Assembly: GCA_000008885.1 (NCBI GenBank)
Contig: BA000021.3
Span: forward strand, 1 to 32,000
Source: Wigglesworthia glossinidia endosymbiont of Glossina brevipalpis
GTDB lineage: Bacteria; Pseudomonadota; Gammaproteobacteria; Enterobacterales; Enterobacteriaceae
DNA length: 32,000 nucleotides
Direction of reading: 5' to 3'
The notes below the pieces were generated by a model. That model was given only the letters and a program-made list of their open reading frames with translations, was not told where the DNA came from and searched no databases. Both the position numbers and the translations under genes were made by a program. This document shows, piece after piece, positions 24,633-32,000 of this stretch. The first letter of the stretch is position 1. Each line of letters starts with the position of its first letter.

Positions 24633-25418
24633 ATGCATAAACCAATAAAAAAATTAGGTCAAAATTTTTTAAAAGACAAAAAAATTATAAAAAAAATTAT
24701 AAATTTTATAAATCCTAAATACAAAGATAAAATTATAGAAATTGGGCCTGGGCTCGGAGCTTTGACTATCCCTATTTCTAAAATATCTAAAAGTATAACT
24801 GCCATTGAAATAGATAAAAATTTAGTTTATTTTTTGAATAAAAATAAAAATATAAAAAATAATTTAAATATAATAAATATTGATATTATGAAATTAAATT
24901 TAAAAAAATTTTTTTCTTCTTTTTGCGACCCTGTAAGGATATTTGGCAGTTTGCCTTATAATATATCAGTATCATTAATGTTTAATTTTATAGAAAATTA
25001 TAATAAAATAATTGATATGCATTTTGTGATCCAAAAGGAAGTTGCACAAAGAATATTAGCGAGACCAAATAATAAACATTATGGATATATTAGTGTTATA
25101 ATGCAATATTATTTTTATGTAGAAAAATTAATTGACATATCAAATTGCGCATTCAAACCTATACCAAAAGTACAATCATCTTTAATTAGAATGAGGCCCC
25201 ACAAAGTGTGTCCATTTCCTTTTTGTGACATAGATAAAATGAAAGTTTTATTAAAATCAGCTTTTAATCAAAGAAGAAAAATGTTGAAAAATAGTTTAAA
25301 AAAATATTTTAGCGTCGAACAAATTATTTTATATAAAATTAATCCAAAATTAAGAGCAGAAAATTTAAGTATTGAAAATTATTGTAATTTATCTAATAAT
25401 ATGATCATAAAAAAATAA
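24633..25418 (+). CDS. rsmA: 16S rRNA (adenine1518/1519-N6)-dimethyltransferase
   Basis: 261 aa with LGQNFL, the SAM-binding motif EIGPGLGALT, and GSLPYNIS. Confidence 0.95.
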   Translation: MHKPIKKLGQNFLKDKKIIKKIINFINPKYKDKIIEIGPGLGALTIPISKISKSITAIEIDKNLVYFLNKNKNIKNNLNIINIDIMKLNLKKFFSSFCDPVRIFGSLPYNISVSLMFNFIENYNKIIDMHFVIQKEVAQRILARPNNKHYGYISVIMQYYFYVEKLIDISNCAFKPIPKVQSSLIRMRPHKVCPFPFCDIDKMKVLLKSAFNQRRKMLKNSLKKYFSVEQIILYKINPKLRAENLSIENYCNLSNNMIIKK

Positions 25419-25460
25419 TATTTAAGTTTATTTTTAAAATAAAAATGGAATTATAATAAA

Positions 25461-26279
25461 ATGTCTCATTATTTAATTGGAGATATTCATGGATGTTATT
25501 CTGAATTTAAATCTATGTTAGATTTAATTAATTTTAACCTTAAAAACGATATTATATGGATTGCTGGAGATTTTATTGGTCGTGGGCCAGACTCTTTAAA
25601 AGTTTTAAGATTAATATACAAACTTAAAAGAAATATATTTGTTGTATTAGGTAATCATGAAATAAATTTGCTTTTATTATATGCAAAAATAAAAAAAATA
25701 AAAGAAGAAGATAAATTAACAGAAATTTTAAATGCACCAGATTTAAAAATTTTAATTTCCTGGCTAAGAAAACAGCCACTATTAAAAATAGATAAACAAA
25801 AAAAAATAATCATGATTCATGCAGGCATTATTCCAAAATGGGATATGTCCGATTTAATTACAAATTCAAAAAAAGTTGAATGTGAACTAAAAAGCAAAAA
25901 CTATAAAAAATTTTTAAAGTTTATGTACATAAAAAACAATGAACATAAAAACATCTGGAAAAATAATTTGCCAGAAATTATTAAAATGAGATTAACATTA
26001 AATATTATAACTCGTATTCGTTACTGTATATCTGAAACAGAAATAGACCTATTACATAAAGAACATCCAGAAAAATCTCCAAATCATTTAATACCATGGT
26101 TTAAATTTAAAAATAATATTACAAAAAATTATAGTATAGTTTTTGGACATTGGTCTTCTATTAAAGATTACAAGACCCCAAAAAATATATATGGATTAGA
26201 TACAGGATGTTGTTGGAAAGGAGAATTAACAGCATTAAAATGGGATAATAAATTATTTTTTAAAATAAAATCTAAATAA
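25461..26279 (+). CDS. apaH: Bis(5'-nucleosyl)-tetraphosphatase, symmetrical (Ap4A hydrolase)
   Basis: 272 aa with metallophosphatase motifs GDIHGC, GDFIGRGPDS, GNHE and FGHW. Confidence 0.93.
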   Translation: MSHYLIGDIHGCYSEFKSMLDLINFNLKNDIIWIAGDFIGRGPDSLKVLRLIYKLKRNIFVVLGNHEINLLLLYAKIKKIKEEDKLTEILNAPDLKILISWLRKQPLLKIDKQKKIIMIHAGIIPKWDMSDLITNSKKVECELKSKNYKKFLKFMYIKNNEHKNIWKNNLPEIIKMRLTLNIITRIRYCISETEIDLLHKEHPEKSPNHLIPWFKFKNNITKNYSIVFGHWSSIKDYKTPKNIYGLDTGCCWKGELTALKWDNKLFFKIKSK

Positions 26280-26329
26280 AAAAATACAAACATAAAAATA
26301 TTTAATTTTTAAAAAAAATTAATATTTTT

Positions 26330-26818
26330 TTAAATTTTATTAAAAATTCTAAAATACATACTATATTTATTTTTTGTATCACTATTAAAATATTTCTCAA
26401 ATGATAGAATCCATTTTTTTCTGTTATATCTTGGAAAAAATATATTTCCATTAATTTCTGCATTAATAACAGTCAAGTAAAGTTTTGTTGCTTTAGGCAA
26501 AAATATTTTATAAATTTGTTTTCCTCCAATAATCATTACTTCGTTGTAATTTTTAGCAAAAAATAATGCTTGTTTTGGATTTTTAGCTATTTTTAAATTT
26601 GACATTACATTTCTATATAAGTTTTTGCTTAATACTATATTAATGCGATTCTCTAATGGTTTTTTTATAGATTCAAAAGTTTTTCTTCCCATAATAACTG
26701 GTTTATTTATAGTATTTTTTTTAAACCATGATATATCTTCCGGTAAATTCCATGGAATATATTGATCATGTCCTATTACTTTATTTTTAGATTGAGCCCA
26801 AATTAAACTTATATCCAT
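26330..26818 (-). CDS. folA: Dihydrofolate reductase
   Basis: 162 aa. ISLIWAQSKNKVIGHDQYIPWNLPEDISWFKKNTINKPVIMGRKTFESI matches the DHFR N-terminal signature. Confidence 0.95.
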   Translation of the reverse strand: MDISLIWAQSKNKVIGHDQYIPWNLPEDISWFKKNTINKPVIMGRKTFESIKKPLENRINIVLSKNLYRNVMSNLKIAKNPKQALFFAKNYNEVMIIGGKQIYKIFLPKATKLYLTVINAEINGNIFFPRYNRKKWILSFEKYFNSDTKNKYSMYFRIFNKI

Positions 26819-26827
26819 ATTATTTTA

Positions 26828-29800
26828 TCAAATAATTTTATTTTTTAATAAATTAATTTTATTATGAAATTCTTGCAAAGATAATATTTCTTTAGTTGGA
26901 TCCATGCTTAAAGCTTTTATTATAAAAAAATCTTCATAAGATTTTCTATCAAAGTATATTTTTTGGTTTAAAGAAAAAGACCAAAAAGATTTCTTTTTTT
27001 CATTAAATTCATTTTCATTATAAAAATAAACTATATAGTCATATTTTTCATGCATAATATGTTTTTTTATATTTATATTTTTATCATATATTTTATTAAT
27101 GTCAGAAAATAGCAATCCATTATTTATTAAAATTTTAGCTAAATCAACTGTGGTATCAATTTTAAAATTATTTTTTAACAAAAATTTAATTATTGTTAAA
27201 AAATTTTTTTTATATCTGCTAGAAAATAATAAAAATGCTTTTTTTTTAGAAAATATTTTGTTTATATTCAATTTGCTGCCTAATATTGCTTTAGATAAAG
27301 CTGTATATATACATTTACTTATTCCCATAACTTCTCCAGTAGAATACATTTCTGGCCCTAATACTCCTTTGCATTTTGGAAATTTATTAAATGGAAAAGT
27401 TGATTCTTTAACTGAAAAATAAGGAGGATATTTTTCTTGAACAATTTTTTGATGCAACAAGGATTTTCCTATCATAGATAAAATAGCTATCTTTGTAAAA
27501 GATATTCCAGTAGCTTTAGATATAAAAGGAATACTTCTAGAAGCTCTAGGATTAACTTCAATTAAATAAATCATTCTATTTTTAATTGCAAATTGTATGT
27601 TTAAAAATCCTTTTATTTTAAAAGCATGAGAAATTTTCTTTGTTTGTTCCTTAATAGAGCTTTGAATTTCTTTAGATAAAGAAAACGGTGGAAATACAGA
27701 AGTGGAATCACCTGAGTGAATTCCTGCAAGCTCAATGTGCTCAATAATTCCACAAATTAATAAATTTTTTCCGTCAAAAATTGCATCAACATCTACTTCA
27801 ATGGCATTTGTTAAAAATTCATCTAATAATATTGGGAAATTTATTGAAATATTTTTTTTATTTTTAAAATAAAGCATTAAATCTTTTTTATTATATATTA
27901 TTTTCATATATCTACCTCCTAAAATATAGGAGGGTCTAATTATAATTGGATAACCTATCATTTCTGCTTGTTTTATTACAGAATTAATATTTTTTGAAAC
28001 AAAACTTTTAGGTTGATTTAATCCGATATTATTTATTATTTTTTTAAATTTTTCTCTATTTTCTGCTAAATTAATATATTTATATTGAGTACCAATAATT
28101 GGAATTTTAAATGAATTTAATTCATTAGATAATTTTAATGGAGTTTGTCCTCCAAATTGGAGGATTACTCCAATAGGGTTTTCTATTCTTACTATTTCTA
28201 GTACATCTTCTATTGTAATAGGTTCAAAGTATAAACGATCTGATATGTTGTAATCTGTTGATACTGTTTCCGGATTACAATTAATAATTATTGCTTCGTA
28301 TTTACTATGTTTTAAAGTAGTTATAGCTTGAACGCAACAGTAATCAAATTCAATTCCTTGTCCAATACGATTTGGACCACTTCCAAGTATTATAATTTTT
28401 TTATTTTTTTTATTTGGATTTGATTCACATTCGTCTGAATAAGTTGAATACATATAAGAAGTGTTTGTGGAAAATTCTCCTGAGCATGTATCAATTCTTT
28501 TATATACCGGGTGTATATTATAATATTGTCTTAATTCTATTAATTTTTTATAACTAACATTTAATAAATTTGCTATCCTTATATCGGAAAATCCTTTTTG
28601 TTTTAAAAAAAATAAAAATTCTTTGTTTAATTTATTAATTCCTTTTTTTATAACTTTATATTCTAACTTTACGATTTCATAAATTTGATAAAGAAACCAA
28701 CAATCTATTTTTGTAATATATGATATTCTTTCAATAGATATTCCAATTCTGAACGCATCCGCTATATACCATAATCTATTTGAATCTGATTTCATCAACT
28801 TTTTGTAAATTATTTTTTTTACATTTTTATCGCTCAAATTAACAATTGAATCAAATCCATAAATATTAATTTCTAAACTTCTAATTGCTTTTTGTAAAGA
28901 TTCTTGTTGATTTCTTCCTATAGCCATCACTTCGCCTATAGATTTCATTTGAGTTGTTAATGTATTATCTGATTCAACAAATTTTTCAAAATTAAATCTT
29001 GGTATTTTAGTAACCACATAATCCATAACTGGTTCAAAAGAAATTGGTATTTGATTGTTTGTAACTTTATTCATTAATTCATCAAGATTATATCCTATAG
29101 ATAATTTAGCGGAAATTTCAGCTATAGGAAACCCTGTGGCTTTAGAAGCTAAAGCAGAAGATCTAGAAACTCTTGGGTTCATTTCTATTATTATCATTTT
29201 TCTAGATTTTGGATGTATTGCAAATTGAACATTAGCCCCCCCAGAATTTACTCCAATTTCTTTCATTATAGATATTGCTGCATTTCTCATTATTTGATAT
29301 TCTTTGTCGCTTAGTGTTTGTATTGGAGATACTGAAATAGAATCACCAGTATGAACTCCTATAGGATCAATATTTTCTATAGAACATACAATTATACAAT
29401 TGTCTTTTTTATCTCTAATAATTTCTAGTTCGTATTCTTTCCACCCTAATAAAAATTCATCAATAGAGAATTTTATCTTTTCATAATAATTTTTTTTGAT
29501 TTTAGAAAAAAAATATATTAAATCTTTTTTATTATACAATATTCCACTGTTGGATCCTCCCATTTCAAATGAAGATCTTATAATGCATGGAAATCCTATT
29601 TTACTTGTTAACTTTATAGCTTCTTCTGTAGATTCAACAACTCCAGATTTAGCAGTTTTAAGACCAATATTATTCATTGATTTTACAAACAAATATCTAT
29701 TTTCAGCTTTTTTGATAGATTCTGAGTTAACACCTATCATTTCTACATTAAATTTTTTTAAAATTCCTAATTCATCTAATTTTAAAGCACAATTTAAAGC

Positions 29801-30082
29801 AATTTGTCCTCCTAAAGTAGGTAAAATTGCGCTTGGTTTTTCTTTTTTTATAATTTTTTCTATTATTTTTATATTTATAGGTTCAATATAAGTTGAATCT
29901 GCTATATCTGGATCAGTCATAATAGTAGAAGGATTAGAATTTATTAATATTATTTTATAACCTTCTTCTTTTAAAGCTTTGCATGCTTGAGTTCCAGAAT
30001 AATCAAATTCACAAGCTTGTCCTATCACAATTGGACCTGATCCTATTATTAAAATGCTTTTTATATCTTTTCTTTTTGGCAT
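26828..30082 (-). CDS. carB: Carbamoyl-phosphate synthase large subunit
   Basis: 1084 aa with duplicated ATP-grasp halves (IGSGPIVIGQACEFDYSGTQA and LGSGPNRIGQGIEFDYCCVQA; EMNPRVSRSSALASKATGFPIA and EVNPRASRSIPFISKATG). The C-terminal MGS-like domain is diverged. Confidence 0.98.
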   Translation of the reverse strand: MPKRKDIKSILIIGSGPIVIGQACEFDYSGTQACKALKEEGYKIILINSNPSTIMTDPDIADSTYIEPINIKIIEKIIKKEKPSAILPTLGGQIALNCALKLDELGILKKFNVEMIGVNSESIKKAENRYLFVKSMNNIGLKTAKSGVVESTEEAIKLTSKIGFPCIIRSSFEMGGSNSGILYNKKDLIYFFSKIKKNYYEKIKFSIDEFLLGWKEYELEIIRDKKDNCIIVCSIENIDPIGVHTGDSISVSPIQTLSDKEYQIMRNAAISIMKEIGVNSGGANVQFAIHPKSRKMIIIEMNPRVSRSSALASKATGFPIAEISAKLSIGYNLDELMNKVTNNQIPISFEPVMDYVVTKIPRFNFEKFVESDNTLTTQMKSIGEVMAIGRNQQESLQKAIRSLEINIYGFDSIVNLSDKNVKKIIYKKLMKSDSNRLWYIADAFRIGISIERISYITKIDCWFLYQIYEIVKLEYKVIKKGINKLNKEFLFFLKQKGFSDIRIANLLNVSYKKLIELRQYYNIHPVYKRIDTCSGEFSTNTSYMYSTYSDECESNPNKKNKKIIILGSGPNRIGQGIEFDYCCVQAITTLKHSKYEAIIINCNPETVSTDYNISDRLYFEPITIEDVLEIVRIENPIGVILQFGGQTPLKLSNELNSFKIPIIGTQYKYINLAENREKFKKIINNIGLNQPKSFVSKNINSVIKQAEMIGYPIIIRPSYILGGRYMKIIYNKKDLMLYFKNKKNISINFPILLDEFLTNAIEVDVDAIFDGKNLLICGIIEHIELAGIHSGDSTSVFPPFSLSKEIQSSIKEQTKKISHAFKIKGFLNIQFAIKNRMIYLIEVNPRASRSIPFISKATGISFTKIAILSMIGKSLLHQKIVQEKYPPYFSVKESTFPFNKFPKCKGVLGPEMYSTGEVMGISKCIYTALSKAILGSKLNINKIFSKKKAFLLFSSRYKKNFLTIIKFLLKNNFKIDTTVDLAKILINNGLLFSDINKIYDKNINIKKHIMHEKYDYIVYFYNENEFNEKKKSFWSFSLNQKIYFDRKSYEDFFIIKALSMDPTKEILSLQEFHNKINLLKNKII

Positions 30083-30091
30083 TTTAATTTC

Positions 30092-31222
30092 CTATTTTTT
30101 ATTTAAACGATAATCTTTGACAAGATTAATAAAATTTTTGAATAAAAACAATGCATCTTTAGGACCAGGAGAAGATTCTGGATGTCCTTGAAAACTAAAA
30201 ACTGGTTTATTTATTAGTTTAATCCCCTGTAAAGTTTGATCAAACATAGAAATATGAGTAATTATTATATTTTTTGATAATGTAGATTTATCAATTGCGA
30301 AATCATGATTTTGAGAAGTTATTATTATTTTGTTTGTTTCCAAGTCTTTTACTGGATGATTAGATCCATGATGACCAAATTTCATCTTTAATATTTTTGC
30401 TCCATTAGCTATAGCTAATAATTGATGGCCAAGGCATATTCCAAAAATTGGAATTTTTGTTTCAAGTAAACATTGAATGTTACGAATAGCATATTTATAG
30501 ATTTCTGGATTACCTGGTCCATTAGACAATAAAATTCCGTCTGGATTTAATGATATAACATATTTTGATTTAGTAGTTGCAGGTACAAGTGTAATACGAC
30601 ATCCTAGATTTATTAAATTTTTTATAATGCTAAATTTTATTCCAAAATCATACGCTACAATATTATAAAAAAAATTTTTTTCAATATATTTTTTTTTGTA
30701 TATAATTTTTCTTTTTGTGGTAACTAGTTTTACTAGGTCTAAATTTTTTTTTTCTAAAAAAATTTTTATTTTACTTTTAATTTCTTTAAAATTTATATTT
30801 GTTCCTTCTGAGGAAACATATCCATATTGTGTTCCAGATTTTCTGATTAATCTAGTTAATTTTCTTGTATCTATTCCGCTAATTCCTATTATATTGTTTA
30901 ATAAAAGAAATCTTGAAAAAGATAGTTTATTTCTAAAATCGCTAATTATATTATGAGTTTGATATAAAATAACTGCTTTTACTTGGATTTTTGAAGATTC
31001 ATTATTATTTATTTCAATTCCTATATTTCCTATATGAGGATAAGTAAATGCTACTATTTGATTGAAATATGAAGGATCTGTAATTATTTCTTGATAACCT
31101 GTTATTGAGGTGTTAAAAATAACTTCTCCTATGCTAGTTCCTTTAGCCCCTATGCTATTTCCATAAAATTTTGTTCCATCTTCTAAAATTAATAAAGCTT
31201 TATTTAACAAAATATTCTCCAT
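30092..31222 (-). CDS. carA: Carbamoyl-phosphate synthase small (glutaminase) subunit
   Basis: 376 aa with the class-I amidotransferase triad motifs GICLGHQLL and FQGHPE, plus HHGSNHPV. Lies upstream of carB. Confidence 0.97.
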   Translation of the reverse strand: MENILLNKALLILEDGTKFYGNSIGAKGTSIGEVIFNTSITGYQEIITDPSYFNQIVAFTYPHIGNIGIEINNNESSKIQVKAVILYQTHNIISDFRNKLSFSRFLLLNNIIGISGIDTRKLTRLIRKSGTQYGYVSSEGTNINFKEIKSKIKIFLEKKNLDLVKLVTTKRKIIYKKKYIEKNFFYNIVAYDFGIKFSIIKNLINLGCRITLVPATTKSKYVISLNPDGILLSNGPGNPEIYKYAIRNIQCLLETKIPIFGICLGHQLLAIANGAKILKMKFGHHGSNHPVKDLETNKIIITSQNHDFAIDKSTLSKNIIITHISMFDQTLQGIKLINKPVFSFQGHPESSPGPKDALFLFKNFINLVKDYRLNKK

Positions 31223-31232
31223 AATTTTATTA

Positions 31233-32000
31233 TTAATTGCTTTTAAAATTTTTCGCTTGTTTATTTAAAATATGAGACATATTAAACAAACCAGTTTTTT
31301 TATTAGATAACCAAATTGCAGCTTTTATTGCTCCTAAAGCAAATATTTTTCTATTATATGCTTGATGTGTAATTTCTATTTTTTCTCCTAAAAAAGAAAA
31401 AATTATTTTATGTTCTCCTATAATATTCCCTGATCTAATTGAAGATATTTTAATATTTTTTTTTATTTTTAAATTTTTTAAAATGTTTTTTTTAATTAAT
31501 ATAGAAGTTGCAGATGGAATATCAGACTTTTCTTTATGATGACATTCTATGATGTCTATATCAATATTTTTAATATTTCCAATACTAGATATATTTTTTA
31601 ATAATCTGAAAATAATGTTTGCTCCAAAACTGAAATTTTCAGAATAAAATATTGCAATTTTTTTTGACATATGTTTAATTAATTTGTTTTGCATTGCATT
31701 AAATCCAGTAGTTCCGATTACCATTTTTTTTTTGTTTTTATAACAAAAATTTAAATATTCTAAGCTAGACTTGACTGATGTAAAATCAATTAATACATCA
31801 AACTTATCTGATATATCTTTAATATTATCATTTGTAAACACGCCAATAGGAAAAATATTAGCTAATTTTCCTATATCATAATTTTTAAAAGAAGACTTAT
31901 GTCTTACCAGGGAAGAAGTATGAATAATTTTTGAAATATTTATAGCTGTTCTGGTTATTTGTTTTCCCATTTTACCATTTGCCCCGGTTGTTGCTATTCT
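31233..32000 (-). CDS. dapB: 4-hydroxy-tetrahydrodipicolinate reductase, 5' end beyond the window
   Basis: The frame stays open upstream of the ORF-track Met at 31970. The last 30 nt translate as RIATTGANGK followed by MGKQI, which matches the DapB N-terminal dinucleotide-binding motif (E. coli RVAIAGAGGRMGRQLI). The true start is therefore past position 32000. Also contains ECHHKEKSDIPSATS and HQAYNR. Confidence 0.92.
   Translation of the reverse strand, partial: RIATTGANGKMGKQITRTAINISKIIHTSSLVRHKSSFKNYDIGKLANIFPIGVFTNDNIKDISDKFDVLIDFTSVKSSLEYLNFCYKNKKKMVIGTTGFNAMQNKLIKHMSKKIAIFYSENFSFGANIIFRLLKNISSIGNIKNIDIDIIECHHKEKSDIPSATSILIKKNILKNLKIKKNIKISSIRSGNIIGEHKIIFSFLGEKIEITHQAYNRKIFALGAIKAAIWLSNKKTGLFNMSHILNKQAKNFKSN

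Noticed and set aside
27099-30956. Antisense ORFs inside carB (27099-27422, 29496-29891) and carA (30696-30956)
   Set aside because: They lie fully inside strongly conserved carAB coding sequence on the opposite strand. Their products have no recognisable domains. Other short antisense ORFs in the track are rejected for the same reason (1873-2064, 2517-2741, 4631-4825, 8817-9011, 9476-9664, 12650-12868).
31968-31970. The ORF-track ATG at 31970 as the dapB start
   Set aside because: That Met is the internal M of the conserved GxxGxMG dinucleotide-binding motif. The frame stays open to the window edge and the upstream 10 codons match the DapB N-terminus, so the gene is truncated by the window.

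Overview
This window is extremely AT-rich (about 20-25% GC by eye), gene-dense and uses the standard genetic code. It looks like the genome of a reduced insect endosymbiont from the Enterobacterales. All long ORFs are recognisable housekeeping genes. On the + strand: mnmG(gidA), atpBEFHAGDC, glmU, glmS. On the - strand: mnmE, yidC, yidD, rnpA, rpmH. On the + strand: dnaN, gyrB, lptD, surA, pdxA, rsmA(ksgA), apaH. On the - strand: folA, carB, carA and dapB, which runs off the window end. Two genes missing from the ORF track were found by hand translation: rpmH (47 codons) and yidD. The first 20 kb is a collinear, compacted version of the E. coli oriC neighbourhood. dnaA, recF, rsmG, atpI and the whole glmS-to-mnmE block are absent, and apaG is missing from the surA operon. 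The missing dnaA, the composition, and the retained cell-envelope and cofactor genes fit a Wigglesworthia-like (or Blochmannia-like) symbiont, but I cannot confirm this without a database search. I saw no tRNA, rRNA, CRISPR array, mobile element, defence system, toxin-antitoxin pair or other accessory cassette, and I do not claim a new biological system. The points most worth a second look are: (1) the rpmH-dnaN spacer where dnaA should be; (2) yidD, which has an in-frame TAA at codon 13 and no canonical start codon after it, yet is otherwise intact; (3) a hairpin overlapping the glmS ribosome-binding site in a glmU-glmS spacer of about E. coli length; (4) a mini-ORF relay between rpmH and rnpA; (5) long in-frame poly(A) tracts. 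All functional interpretations are inferences from sequence and synteny.
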